DNA of 61,206 nt, filler included, from 5 parts of 5 records of this genome joined end to end with filler, not necessarily neighbours in it; one strand, 5' to 3'. Shown: positions 9,638 through 19,958, counted from the whole stretch's first letter. Made by a program: numbers and translations. Notes: generated by a model not told the origin, from the letters alone.

Positions 9638-10156
9638 TCAGGCACTCGTCATCAGGTCCTTAAGGAGACGCTGGCCACCAGTGCGCACGAGCTGGTACAC
9701 CTGTTCAAAGCCGTCCGGGCCGCCGTAATAGGGATCGGGAACATCCTGCGGCGGTCTGTTCAAAAGCAATCGTAGCCGGGGGCTGCTCGCTCCGCCCATG
9801 CGCTTGAGGGCCGCGAGATTGTCCCTGTCCATGGCGACGATCGTGTCGAAGCGGCGGAAATCATCTGCCCGCACCTGCCGTGCCCTTTGGGCGGAGATAT
9901 CGACCTCATGCCGCGCGGCTATCTCGATGGAACGTGGGTCCGGTGGATTGCCGATGTGCCAGGCACCGGTTCCCGCGCTATCGACCACGAAACTGTCTGC
10001 CAGTCCTGCCTCCTGCACGATGTCACGGAAGACGCCTTCCGCAAGTGGCGACCGGCAGATGTTGCCAAGGCAAACGAAGAGGACGGCGTGGGGCAAGCGG
10101 GTTATCCTTGAAACAGGCGCCAAGCGGATGCTGGCAGCCCGCCATTGGGCTGACAC
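9638..10156 (-). CDS. Low-molecular-weight protein-tyrosine phosphatase
   Basis: [10 protein letters not shown]-loop, DSAGT and DPYYG. The true start is probably about 60 nt downstream of the ORF-track start. Confidence 0.92.
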   Translation of the reverse strand: MSAQWRAASIRLAPVSRITRLPHAVLFVCLGNICRSPLAEGVFRDIVQEAGLADSFVVDSAGTGAWHIGNPPDPRSIEIAARHEVDISAQRARQVRADDFRRFDTIVAMDRDNLAALKRMGGASSPRLRLLLNRPPQDVPDPYYGGPDGFEQVYQLVRTGGQRLLKDLMTSA

Positions 10157-10230
10157 AGAACTGGATTAGGTGCACGGCAGGCAGACGGCGCGTTTTCGGG
10201 CCGGGCCGTTACGCAAAACAGGAGGACCAG

Positions 10231-10530
10231 ATGGTTGAACGACTGAAGCCGGAAGACCGCGCCGCCGGATTGAACGATCTGCCGGGCTGGCACATGTGCG
10301 AAGACCGGGAGGCGATATCGAAATCCTTCAAGTTTCACAATTTCCGCGAAGCCTTTGCCTTCATGACCCAGATTGCGCTGGTGGCGGAAAAGATGAACCA
10401 CCATCCCGAATGGTTCAATGTCTATCGCAGTGTCGATATCACCCTGTCGACCCATGATGTTGGCGGTCTCAGCAAACTGGACCTGCAGCTCGCAGCGGAC
10501 ATCGACAAGATTGCCGGCAAGATGCAGTAA
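10231..10530 (+). CDS. phhB: Pterin-4-alpha-carbinolamine dehydratase
   Basis: [14 protein letters not shown] and [17 protein letters not shown] before ATG 10231. Confidence 0.93.
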   Translation: MVERLKPEDRAAGLNDLPGWHMCEDREAISKSFKFHNFREAFAFMTQIALVAEKMNHHPEWFNVYRSVDITLSTHDVGGLSKLDLQLAADIDKIAGKMQ

Positions 10531-10568
10531 CACTTCAAGCCGGGTACTAAGTACGATTGTTTGTTGAT

Positions 10569-10859
10569 CTAGCCGCCCTTGGTCAGCACGAACCGGTGGC
10601 CGCCCTCTATGCGCTCTGCTTCCAGCAGGGTATGGCCCTGCTCGTTGCAGAAATGGGGAATGTCGATTTCCGCCATCGGGTCCGTGGTCAAAACCGTCAG
10701 TTGCTCGCCGCTGGATAACCGGGTGAGGGCCTTGCGGGTCTTGAGCACGGGCAGCGGGCATTTCAGGCCCTTCAGATCGAGTGTCGTTCCGGTCGTCAAC
10801 AAAGTCTCCGTTTCAGGGGCGCCGGTGGCGGATCGAAATTTCTTCCCTTTGTTGGCCAT
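10569..10859 (-). CDS. Sulfurtransferase TusA/SirA family protein
   Basis: LDLKGLKCPLPVL (CPxP) and TDP-x4-DI. Confidence 0.88.
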   Translation of the reverse strand: MANKGKKFRSATGAPETETLLTTGTTLDLKGLKCPLPVLKTRKALTRLSSGEQLTVLTTDPMAEIDIPHFCNEQGHTLLEAERIEGGHRFVLTKGG

Positions 10860-11061
10860 TCATACAAGATTAGGAAGTCAAAACTAGCCTGATTTGCCGG
10901 TGTCATCGGGGTACAGGGATGAAAACCGTCCCAGACTTGAGGCCAGGTAGGTCCGGTTCCGGATTGACGGCTGTCGCAAAAGCGCACCCGCAATCCGCCG
11001 GCAGGGTTTAACTGCGAGAAACGGCTTCTTCAAAGGTGCGGGACGATTGCATGGTGCAGGA

Positions 11062-11886
11062 ATGAAAGCAGGACTCCGGAGCGCAATCATGCTTGCGGCC
11101 GCGGCCCTTTCGCTTGTTGCCGGCCCGGCAAAGGCAGACCCCGCCGAAATCCAGATCGTCACCCAGAGTTTCGCACCGCTGCAATGGGACAACGCGGGCA
11201 AGCCGGACGGTTATGTCACGGCCTATATGCTCGAAGTTGCCAGGCGGGTCGGGGAAACAATCCCGCTGAAGATCGGCGCCTACGAATTCCTTCCTTGGAA
11301 GCGGGCAATGCTCCTGGCCGAAACCATGCCGAATGTGCTTTTTTTCTCGCTGTCGCGAACGCCGGAGCGAGAAGATAAATTCATCTGGCTGGGCGAAGTC
11401 TCGCCCTATGGGCAGAATTTCTACCAGCTCTCGACCAGACCGAAGATCGAAGCCGACACGGTCGAGGACCTACGTGATCAGAAGGTGCGGATCGGTGTTC
11501 AGGACGGCTCCAATCTTCTGTCCCACCTCAAACAGCTCGGGTTCGAGAAAACCGGGAACCTGGTGCCGATCACCGATTTTCACCAAGGTATCGAGATGCT
11601 TTACCTGGAGCGGATCGATGTCCTGCCGCTAACCGGGTTCCTGGCAGAGGCCAGCGCCTGCAAGCAGGGATATGACGGCAGCCTGCTGCAGCCGGTGGTC
11701 TTTGTCGAAGCACTTGCCAACCCGCTGTGGGCCGTGTTCAGCCAGGGGACGGATTCCGCGCTGGTCGAGGCGTTCAGGCAGGAAATGACCGCCCTGAAGG
11801 ACAGTGGCTTTCTGGATGCCCAGACACGGCAACACCAGGTCAACTGGCAGACATTGGCCTGCGGCGCGTTGACAGCGGGCAAGTGA
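11062..11886 (+). CDS. Periplasmic substrate-binding protein (family 3, HisJ-like), orphan
   Basis: Signal peptide, PWKRA, SRTPERE and RID motifs; no adjacent permease or ATPase. Confidence 0.8.
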   Translation: MKAGLRSAIMLAAAALSLVAGPAKADPAEIQIVTQSFAPLQWDNAGKPDGYVTAYMLEVARRVGETIPLKIGAYEFLPWKRAMLLAETMPNVLFFSLSRTPEREDKFIWLGEVSPYGQNFYQLSTRPKIEADTVEDLRDQKVRIGVQDGSNLLSHLKQLGFEKTGNLVPITDFHQGIEMLYLERIDVLPLTGFLAEASACKQGYDGSLLQPVVFVEALANPLWAVFSQGTDSALVEAFRQEMTALKDSGFLDAQTRQHQVNWQTLACGALTAGK

Positions 11887-11942
11887 AGCTGGCAGGAACG
11901 GATCGCACCCCTTCCACTCCTTCATCTCCGGAAATTGCCGCC

Positions 11943-12494
11943 ATGACAGACCAGCCGATCACCTCCCTCGACGTTCTCGATTTCTGGTGGAACGCCGGGC
12001 CGGCGAAATGGTTCGCAAAGGACGACAAGTTCGACAAGTTGTGCCGGGACAGTTTCCTGGCCGCTATCGAGGATGCGGCTGAGGGCAAGCTCGATGGCTG
12101 GGCGGATACGGCCGATGGTGCGCTCGCGCTCCTGATCCTGCTTGACCAGTTCCCGCGCAATGTCTTCCGCGGCAGCCCCAAGGCTTTCCGGGCGGACCCG
12201 AAGGCCGTAGAGGTCGCCGAAAAAGCGCTTGATCGTGGTTTTGACAGGGCGTTTCCCAAGGAGGCGCGCGGCTTTTTCTACCTGCCGTTCGAGCACGCAG
12301 AAGACATGGCGCATCAGGAAAGGTCTGTTGACCTGTGCCGCGTCCTTGGTGACACGGAACTCTATCACTACGCGCTGATCCACCTCGACGTCATCCGCCG
12401 CTTCGGCCGCTTTCCGCATCGCAATGCCGTTCTCGGCCGGCAATCGACACCGGAAGAAATCGCCTATCTGGAAAGCGGCGGCTTCTCAGCCTGA
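11943..12494 (+). CDS. DUF924 family protein
   Basis: LDFWW, LDQFPRN, FFYLPFEHAE and RFGRFPHRN. Confidence 0.9.
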   Translation: MTDQPITSLDVLDFWWNAGPAKWFAKDDKFDKLCRDSFLAAIEDAAEGKLDGWADTADGALALLILLDQFPRNVFRGSPKAFRADPKAVEVAEKALDRGFDRAFPKEARGFFYLPFEHAEDMAHQERSVDLCRVLGDTELYHYALIHLDVIRRFGRFPHRNAVLGRQSTPEEIAYLESGGFSA

Positions 12495-12553
12495 GGATCT
12501 GCCCGGGAGCTGCTTCTGCGGTTGAGGCATTGACCGAGTTGCCCTGTCTTCAG

Positions 12554-12573
12554 GACGGCCTTCGGAGGCCGTC
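12554..12573. terminator. Hairpin between convergent genes, possible bidirectional terminator
   Basis: GACGGCCT-TCGG-AGGCCGTC, a perfect 8-bp stem with no clear U-tract. Confidence 0.45.
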
Positions 12574-12594
12574 TCGACGCTGCATGCGGTCTGC

Positions 12595-14406
12595 TTACTG
12601 ATTGGAAGCGCCGCTCAAGCCGTCATACATTGCATGCATCAGATGATGCGCTGCTTCCGGATTGCCGAAGACCGGAAATTGCGGGGCGAGGTCGCCCCGA
12701 CGGCTGTCTTTCTGTGCGTCATAGACCAGATTGCCGCCTTTCACTGTCCCTTCGATCTTTATCCCGGCCAGCTTCTCCAGATCGATCGCCGTCGGGTCTT
12801 CGGACAGCAGAACGAAATCGGCCAGCTTGCCGACTTCGATCGACCCCTTTTCGTTTTCCTCGAATTGTTGCCACGCGGGCCAGATGGTCATGGCTTTCAA
12901 GGCGGTCATGACGTCTACCCGCTGGCTCGGGCCAAGGATGTCGCCTGACCGGGTGCGCCGTGTGACCGTCGCTGAGAGAATACGCATGCTGTCCGGGAAG
13001 GCGACGGGAGCATCGTGATGGGAGCCGAACTTCATGCCGCGTTCGCGCACCCAGCCAGTTGGCGAAATATTGTCCGCGTTCACCGGGCCAACCGTGTGGT
13101 CTCGGTGCCAATCGCCCCAGTAGAAGGTGTGCATGGGAAACAGGGACATGAAGACGCCAAGCCGCTTGTAGCTGTCCACCTGGTCTTCACGCAGAAACTG
13201 GCCGTGGATGAGCACCGGCCGGTTGCCGGGGTCTCCATATTTTTTCTGGGCCGCGCCAATGGCGGCAATCAGCATGTCGGAGGCGCCTTCGCCATTGGCA
13301 TGCGTGATGATCTGGATGCCGTTTTCGTAGCACCAGTTCACGGCGTCCTGAACCTTTTCCATCGTCACCGACGCATAACCGGCATAACCGGGAGGATAAT
13401 CGCCGACGGGATCGTAGTAAGGCCGGTCTCGCAAGGCCGTAAAGCCTTGTGGTGAGCCGTCGATTGTCAGCTTGCATCCGCCCACGCGCACTTTGCCTTC
13501 GTAGTCGCGCGAAACATGCTGGGCGATGTAATCCTTCGCTTCGAGCACGTCGGGATAGGCGATAACGTCCACCGGAAGACCCTTGTCCGCGTCCACCGCC
13601 TTCAAGGCTTCGACCACCGCCCCGGAAGAGCGGCCATCCTGCGCGGTCGTATATCCGTAGCGCATCCAGAGGTCTGCTCCGGCTTCTGCGAAAGCAGACA
13701 GTCCTTCCGGCCCCAGAGTTCCGAGCAGCGGGATGAGCACATTGAAAAAGGCATATTCTTCAAGAACGCCATTGGGAGTTCCATCCGAAGTGCGCTGAAT
13801 GACACCGCCTTCCGGATTTTCGGTCGAGGCGGTGATCCCCGCGAGTTCAAGCGCCTTGGAATTGGCAACACCGAGGTGGCCTGACTGATGCACGATCACG
13901 ATCGGGACTTCCGTCGAGACCGCGTCGAGATCCTCACGCGTTGGATGGCGGAGTTCGGCCAGTTGTGCGTTGTCGTAGCCGAAGCCGATGATCATCTTTA
14001 CCTTGTCGACTGTCGCAGCGTTCTTCTCCGCCCAGGCTTTCAGCGTTGCCTGCAAGCTGGCGATATCCGTGACTTTGCCGTCCGGCGGCGCAAGCAAGTT
14101 CGCCGAAAGGGCCTGAATTCCGCCCATGACCACGTGTCCGTGGCTATCTACGAACCCCGGTAGCATCGTCCGGCCGTTCAAATCGAACGCCTCCGTCGTT
14201 TCGCCTTTAAAGGCCGAAATATCGGCCAACGTTCCTGCCGCCAGTATTCGCCCGTCTTTCACCGCGACGGCTTCGACCTTCGGCTGACTGTCATTGATGG
14301 TCAGGATGGGGCCGCCGGAATAGATGGTGTCGGCCACGTCCTGCGCGCTCGCAAGACCCGGCAAGAACGAAAGGGCGATGGCCGCTAGCTTGGCACTGTG
14401 TCTCAT
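12595..14406 (-). CDS. Secreted amidohydrolase (Amidohydro_3 / YtcJ-like)
   Basis: Signal peptide MRHSAKLAAIALSFLPGLASA; PGFVDSHGH, DGSPQG, HANGE, IHGQ and GSIEVGKLADF. Confidence 0.88.
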   Translation of the reverse strand: MRHSAKLAAIALSFLPGLASAQDVADTIYSGGPILTINDSQPKVEAVAVKDGRILAAGTLADISAFKGETTEAFDLNGRTMLPGFVDSHGHVVMGGIQALSANLLAPPDGKVTDIASLQATLKAWAEKNAATVDKVKMIIGFGYDNAQLAELRHPTREDLDAVSTEVPIVIVHQSGHLGVANSKALELAGITASTENPEGGVIQRTSDGTPNGVLEEYAFFNVLIPLLGTLGPEGLSAFAEAGADLWMRYGYTTAQDGRSSGAVVEALKAVDADKGLPVDVIAYPDVLEAKDYIAQHVSRDYEGKVRVGGCKLTIDGSPQGFTALRDRPYYDPVGDYPPGYAGYASVTMEKVQDAVNWCYENGIQIITHANGEGASDMLIAAIGAAQKKYGDPGNRPVLIHGQFLREDQVDSYKRLGVFMSLFPMHTFYWGDWHRDHTVGPVNADNISPTGWVRERGMKFGSHHDAPVAFPDSMRILSATVTRRTRSGDILGPSQRVDVMTALKAMTIWPAWQQFEENEKGSIEVGKLADFVLLSEDPTAIDLEKLAGIKIEGTVKGGNLVYDAQKDSRRGDLAPQFPVFGNPEAAHHLMHAMYDGLSGASNQ

Positions 14407-14738
14407 TTCAGCCTCTGCCGGTTGGTCCGTTGGGATGGGGTCATTGAAAGACAGAGCAACTAATGGCTGCATCTGCCAGGGTTACGTCTGAAAAGTATAC
14501 TCCAGGATTCCGAACAAGCTCGAACTTATTCGATGTGGCGGCTCTTACTCTGGAGGGGTGGAAAACAGGCGTGCAGCGCCAATCCTCCATCTGGAACTTG
14601 AGATACGGATTGTGCCTCCGCACTGAGGCGGTAGCTGCTTTCGCGGCGGGCTGCCGCCGCAGTGGCGAAGCACGGCCATTTGCACTGCCGTAACTTTGTT
14701 GACCGGTTCAGGTGCCGCATTTTTATGCGAGGAGCGAT

Positions 14739-14810
14739 TGCCGGTCTTTTGTGCACAATTTTTAACCCCCAAAGTATGTGATGTGCAAAAAATAGGCAGA
14801 AAAACTGCCT
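14739..14810. promoter_or_regulatory. Candidate NtrC binding sites upstream of glnK
   Basis: TGCCGGTCTTTTGTGCA (TGC-N11-GCA) at 14739-14755, plus a similar TGTGCAAAAAATAGGCA just downstream, about 110-170 nt upstream of the sigma54 element. Confidence 0.5.
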
Positions 14811-14908
14811 GAAAAGCCGCCATCCCATTTATGCCACAAAGTTGGCTCCGGCGTTTTTTGCACTGCAAAACCGCGGGATTCCGCGAAAGACTCTCCGAAA
14901 AAGCCAAG

Positions 14909-14925
14909 TTGGCACGGTCCTTGAT
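14909..14925 (+). promoter_or_regulatory. Sigma54 (-24/-12) promoter of glnK-amtB
   Basis: TTGGCACGGTCCTTGAT versus consensus TGGCAC-N5-TTGC; the -12 element is GA rather than GC. Confidence 0.65.
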
Positions 14926-15032
14926 TAGTAAGAGCCGACACCGGCCCGGGGCCACGACACGTGGTGAAGCCGAAGACCTGAGAAGATCCTTCCAGAGGGG
15001 GACAGAACCAGGCGCAGTTTCCGGGGTGGTAG

Positions 15033-15422
<390 letters not shown>

Positions 15423-15442
15423 TTTAGGTAAGGAAACGTATC

Positions 15443-16231
15443 ATGAAAAAACTAGTCGCTAAGGGCGCGACGGCGCTGGCTCTGCTGAGCCTCACGGCTC
15501 TGCCGGTGCTTGCGCAGGATACCGAGGCTGCCGCTGCAGCTCCAGCCGCAGTCTCTCCCGAGGTTGCCTATATCTTCAATACGCTGCTGTTCCTCATCGG
15601 TGGTTTCCTGGTCATGTGGATGGCCGCCGGCTTCGCAATGCTTGAAGCTGGTCTCGTCCGCTCCAAGAACGTTTCGATGCAGTGCCTGAAGAACATTACG
15701 CTCTACGCCATCGCTGGCCTGATGTTCTGGATCACCGGCTACAACCTGATGTACACCGGCGTTGACGGCGGTTTCATGGGTTCCTTCGGTCCTTACGCGT
15801 TTGACGCCGTCGGCGGCGACGCACTCGACACCGGTTACTCCACGGCGTCCGACTGGTTCTTCCAGATGGTCTTCTGTGCGACCACTGCGTCGATCGTGTC
15901 CGGTACGCTCGCCGAGCGCATCAAACTGTGGCCTTTCCTGGCTTTCACCGTTGTCCTGACGGGCATCATCTACCCGATCACCGGTTCCTGGGAATGGGGC
16001 GGCGGCTGGCTCAACGGCGAAGCCGTGAAGGCTATCGGCGGCGCTGAGTTCTCCGACTTTGCCGGTTCCACTCTCGTTCACTCCGTCGGTGGCTGGGCTG
16101 CTCTGGCCGGTGCGGTTATCCTCGGTGCCCGTAAAGGCAAGTATGGTGCGGATGGCTCCGTGCACCCGTTCCCGGGTTCCTCCATGCCGCTCGCAACCCT
16201 CGGCACGTTCATCCTGTGGCTGGGTTGGTTC
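15443..16231 (+). CDS. amtB: Ammonium transporter AmtB (3' truncated by contig end)
   Basis: GFAMLEAG, FFQMVF, DFAGSTLVHSVGG and LWLGWF. Confidence 0.95.
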
Positions 16232-16331
16232 NNNNNNNNNNNNNNNNNNNNNNNNNNNNNNNNNNNNNNNNNNNNTTAATTAATTAANNNNNNNNNNNNN
16301 NNNNNNNNNNNNNNNNNNNNNNNNNNNNNNN
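16232..16331. other. Artificial contig-joining spacer
   Basis: N44-TTAATTAATTAA-N44; the core gives stops in all six frames. Confidence 0.99.
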
Positions 16332-16333
16332 CC

Positions 16334-16420
16334 GAGGCGAGCCCCGGCCCGCAGGACAGCTACTACCTGTTCGAGCGCTTCGCCGCCGCGATGCAGGCGC
16401 GCAAGAGCGAGACGGTTTAA
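16334..16420 (+). CDS. carA: Carbamoyl-phosphate synthase small subunit, C-terminal fragment
   Basis: Reads EASPGPQDSYYLFERFAAAMQARKSETV*, the CarA (HP)EASPGP.D..YLF..F end; absent from the ORF track. Confidence 0.85.
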   Translation, partial: EASPGPQDSYYLFERFAAAMQARKSETV

Positions 16421-16431
16421 CCAAATATTAG
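16417..16431 (+). promoter_or_regulatory. CtrA-like box upstream of the MshEN-GT2 gene
   Basis: TTAA-CCAAATA-TTAG versus TTAA-N7-TTAA, one mismatch. Confidence 0.4.
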
Positions 16432-16450
16432 GAAAGAAGACCTCCTAATG

Positions 16451-16480
16451 ATCCCCGGCCCGGAAAGGTCGGGGATTTTT
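16451..16480 (+). terminator. Rho-independent terminator after carA
   Basis: ATCCCCGGCC-CGGAAA-GGTCGGGGAT followed by TTTT. Confidence 0.7.
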
Positions 16481-16491
16481 GGTGGAAGCGT

Positions 16492-18465
16492 ATGGATCAA
16501 ACGGCGGAACAGGTGCGGCAACGGCCCGAAACGCCCTACCTGCGCGCCGTCACCGATGACCAGAGCGGCCCTGCGCGCCCAAGGCTGGCGGAACTGCTGC
16601 TGGAACAGGGTGCCATCGTCGAGGATCAGATGCGCGCGGCCCTTGTCAGCCAGCGCCACCGCGATCTGCCGATCGGGGAAATCCTGGTCACCCAGGGCGC
16701 GATCAGCGAAGACCGGTTGCTTCAGGCGCTGGCCCAACAGAACGACACCCAGCTTCTGCCCGCGGATCATCCGCCGCCCGACCCGGCGCTTGCGGATCTG
16801 CTGCCTGCGGGGCTTGCAATCCGGCTGAATGCGGTGCCGCTAAGGCGCGCGGGGTCCGCGCTGGTGGTGATGACCAACCGTCCCGACCGCGCAGAGGAAA
16901 TCCGCGCTGCCCTGGCGGATCACGACGGCCCGATCCTGCTGGCACTGGCCAGCCGTGACCGCATGCAGGCGGCACTGACCGGTGTCTATGGCCGCGAACT
17001 GGCCCGCATCGCCGAGGCGCGCACCCCCGGCCCCTATAGCTGCCGCGACTGGGACGCGCCCCGTGCCTTCCGCCGCTGGATGGCGGTGCTGCTGGTCGTC
17101 GCCGCTGCGCTGCTGCTGGCCCCCGGCGCGGTGGTGGCAGGGCTTTGCGCGCTTGGCGTTCTGATCGCCGCCGTGAACGCCACGCTCAAATGGCTGGCCC
17201 TGCATGGCATCGACCTGCCGCCCACGGCCTCTGACAAGGCGGGCACCGATCCGCCGATACTCCCGTTTTCCCCGCTGCCGGTGGTGACGATCCTGTTGCC
17301 GTTGTTCAACGAACCCGACATCGCCGGACAGCTTATCCGCCGAGTCAGCCGGCTGGACTATCCGCGAGAATTGCTGGATGTGATCCTGCTGATCGAGGAT
17401 GAAGACGAAACCACGCGCGGCGCGCTTGCCCATGCGGATTTGCCGTTCTGGATGCGCGCCATCATCGTGCCGCCGGGTCAGCCGCGCACCAAGCCCCGGG
17501 CGATGAACTATGGGCTGAATTTCGCGCGCGGGTCCATCGTTGGGGTCTATGACGCCGAGGACGCGCCGGAACCCGATCAGATCCGCAAGGTGGCACAACG
17601 GTTTCTCGACGTGCCACCCGATGTCGCCTGCCTGCAAGGGCAGCTTGACTATTACAACCCGCATCACAACTGGCTCAGCCGCTGTTTCACGCTGGAATAT
17701 GCCACATGGTTCCGGCTGCTGCTGCCCGGTGTCTCGCGGCTTGGCCTGTTCGTCCCGCTTGGCGGAACGACGCTGTTCTTCCGTCGATCCCTGCTGGAGG
17801 AGATGGGGGCGTGGGATGCCCATAACGTGACCGAGGACGCCGACCTGGGCCTGCGACTGACCCGGCGCGGCTACCGCACCGAGATCATCGAAACCACCAC
17901 ATATGAAGAAGCCAATGCCGCTGTCCTGCCCTGGGTCAAGCAGCGCTCGCGCTGGCTGAAGGGCTATGCGATGACCTGGGCCACCCATATGCGCGACCCG
18001 GCGCAGCTTTGGCGCGATCTGGGGCCACGGCGGTTCATCGGCTTGCAGGCGCAGCTTCTGGGCACTGTGTTGGGCTTTTCACTGGCACCCGTGCTGTGGA
18101 CACTGGTGGTCAAGCTCGGGGGTTGGCCGCATCCGCTGGACGCCTACCTGCCGACGACGGGCTATCTCGGCCTCGCCTTCTTCTTTGTCGCGTGCCAGAT
18201 GCTGACCTTCTACGCCGCATGGCGCGCTGCCGCCCTGCCCCGCCACCGCAGCCTGAGAATGTGGATTCCGCTGCTCGACATCTATTTCCTGCTGGCCTCT
18301 GTCGCCACGATTCTGGGTCTTGCGGAACTGCTGGTCAAACCGTTCCATTGGCGCAAGACCGCCCATGGCCATTTTTCGCAGGACGGGCAGGCCACCGAGC
18401 TGATGCAGGATCAGACCTTGCGCGCCTCTTCCTTCAGCCGCACTTCGAACGCCGTTGACAAGTGA
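16492..18465 (+). CDS. Processive GT2 glycosyltransferase with N-terminal MshEN (T2SSE_N) domain
   Basis: Tandem 24-aa MshEN-like motifs at residues 31-83; YDAED, HNVTEDAD, KQRSRW (QxxRW), TM helices and WRKTAHG. Confidence 0.88.
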   Translation: MDQTAEQVRQRPETPYLRAVTDDQSGPARPRLAELLLEQGAIVEDQMRAALVSQRHRDLPIGEILVTQGAISEDRLLQALAQQNDTQLLPADHPPPDPALADLLPAGLAIRLNAVPLRRAGSALVVMTNRPDRAEEIRAALADHDGPILLALASRDRMQAALTGVYGRELARIAEARTPGPYSCRDWDAPRAFRRWMAVLLVVAAALLLAPGAVVAGLCALGVLIAAVNATLKWLALHGIDLPPTASDKAGTDPPILPFSPLPVVTILLPLFNEPDIAGQLIRRVSRLDYPRELLDVILLIEDEDETTRGALAHADLPFWMRAIIVPPGQPRTKPRAMNYGLNFARGSIVGVYDAEDAPEPDQIRKVAQRFLDVPPDVACLQGQLDYYNPHHNWLSRCFTLEYATWFRLLLPGVSRLGLFVPLGGTTLFFRRSLLEEMGAWDAHNVTEDADLGLRLTRRGYRTEIIETTTYEEANAAVLPWVKQRSRWLKGYAMTWATHMRDPAQLWRDLGPRRFIGLQAQLLGTVLGFSLAPVLWTLVVKLGGWPHPLDAYLPTTGYLGLAFFFVACQMLTFYAAWRAAALPRHRSLRMWIPLLDIYFLLASVATILGLAELLVKPFHWRKTAHGHFSQDGQATELMQDQTLRASSFSRTSNAVDK

Positions 18466-19052
18466 TCCTTCAACATACGCGCGGCCCGGTCGCCATCGCG
18501 CTCGGCTATGGCCGCGACGATGGCGGCATGTTCCTCCAGCGCCACCGGGCTGCGCCCTTCGGCGGCAAGCGACGTGGTCGCCATCAGCGCCATGGACCGG
18601 TGAACGAGATCAAGCTGCTGCACCAGGTACTTGTTGTGAGAGGCAAGGTGGATCTGCTTGTGAAACCGCCGGTTCGCGCGCGACAGGGCCGACGGATCGT
18701 CCAGCAGCGCCTGATCGGCGGCGACCATTTCCTGCAACACCTTTATCTCTTCGGCCGCCGCATGTTGCGCCGCCAGCCGGGCCGCCAACCCCTCCAGCTC
18801 GGCCCGCACGATATAAAGCTGCGCCATCTGGTCATGATCGAGCGAAGCCACGATCAGGCTGCGCCCGTCCCGGCTGAGCAGTCCTTGGGTTTCCAGACGC
18901 TGCAACGCCTCGCGAATGGGGGTTCGGCTGACGCCGAAGCGCTCCGCCAATTCCGATTCCACCAGCCGCGAGCCGGGCCGATAGGTGCCTTCGTCGATGG
19001 CTTTCAGGATCAGGTCATAGGCGTCTTTTTGCGGCGCTTTCGGACTGGCCAT
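18411..19052 (-). CDS. GntR family transcriptional regulator (FCD domain)
   Basis: ELAERFGVSRTPIREAL, NRRFH and EH; overlaps the GT2 3' end by 55 nt. Confidence 0.93.
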   Translation of the reverse strand: MASPKAPQKDAYDLILKAIDEGTYRPGSRLVESELAERFGVSRTPIREALQRLETQGLLSRDGRSLIVASLDHDQMAQLYIVRAELEGLAARLAAQHAAAEEIKVLQEMVAADQALLDDPSALSRANRRFHKQIHLASHNKYLVQQLDLVHRSMALMATTSLAAEGRSPVALEEHAAIVAAIAERDGDRAARMLKDHLSTAFEVRLKEEARKV

Positions 19053-19133
19053 TGGTTTTCCCCCCGGTTTCTGGCAAGGCTAGGACCGCCCCGGCACAAG
19101 CGCAAGCCTTTCGGGGCGCGGCAAAAAAGGACC

Positions 19134-19787
19134 ATGCCCATGCCCCGCAAAGATTTCGAGCATGTCACGACATGGGTCTTCGATCTCGACCACACGCTCT
19201 ACCCGCCTCATATGGCGCTGTTTGACCAGATCAATGTCAAGATGACGGCCTATGTGATGGAAGCGCTCGGCGTGGATCGCGATGAGGCCGACCGCCTGCG
19301 CCATAAATACTGGCGCGACCACGGCACTACGCTGGCGGGGCTGATGGACATTCACGGCGTCGATCCCGGCCCCTATCTGCACGAGGTCCACCAGATCGAC
19401 TTCACGGTGCTCAGCCCCGATCCCGACCTTGCCGCCCGCATCCGCGCGCTGCCCGGTCGGCGGATCATCTACACCAACGGCACCGCGCCCTATGCCGAAC
19501 AGGTGATCGCGGCACGAGGACTTTCCGGCCTGTTCGATGCCGTCTATGGCGTGGAACATGCCGGGCTGCGCCCCAAACCGGAACGTCGGGCGTTTGAAAC
19601 CGTCTTTACGCGCGACGGGCTGGATCCCACCCGCGCGGCGATGTTCGAGGATGACATCCGCAACCTGGCAGCACCACATGAGATGGGCCTGCGCACCGTC
19701 CATGTCGCCCCGAAAGCCGAGCCCGCCGAGCACATCCATCACCACACCGATGATCTCACCGCTTTCCTGTCGCTGCTGACCGACTGA
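19134..19787 (+). CDS. Pyrimidine 5'-nucleotidase (HAD superfamily)
   Basis: WVFDLDHTLY, GTTLAGL, YTNG, KP and MFEDD..NL. The real start lies inside the long ORF-track ORF (ATG 19134 or 19140). Confidence 0.9.
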   Translation: MPMPRKDFEHVTTWVFDLDHTLYPPHMALFDQINVKMTAYVMEALGVDRDEADRLRHKYWRDHGTTLAGLMDIHGVDPGPYLHEVHQIDFTVLSPDPDLAARIRALPGRRIIYTNGTAPYAEQVIAARGLSGLFDAVYGVEHAGLRPKPERRAFETVFTRDGLDPTRAAMFEDDIRNLAAPHEMGLRTVHVAPKAEPAEHIHHHTDDLTAFLSLLTD

Positions 19788-19797
19788 GGCCGAACCC

Positions 19798-19830
19798 GCC
19801 TTTCACCTGGGCCAGAACTCCTCGGGGGAG
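19798..19830 (+). repeat. Rhodobacteraceae REP-like dispersed repeat, copy A
   Basis: GCCTTTCACCTGGGCCAGAACTCCTCGGGGGAG; 26/33 identical to the reverse complement of 21582-21614. Confidence 0.65.
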
Positions 19831-19958
19831 GTGCCGTCGAGCAACGGCGGCAACGCCACGGCGAAACCGGCAGCGGCAGCCCGTCGCACTGCGTCATTCG
19901 GTCAGTTCTCGAACCCGGCACTGCCCCTAAATGGACAAGTGCGAACAGGAGATAACAC

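Noticed and set aside
16276-16287. Repeated TTAATTAATTAA as a biological repeat, CtrA site or att site
   Set aside because: It always sits at the centre of 88 Ns, so it is an artificial all-frame-stop linker.
18462-19133. 441-aa ORF as an N-terminally extended nucleotidase
   Set aside because: The extension is the antisense shadow of the GntR gene; the HAD domain starts at 19134/19140.
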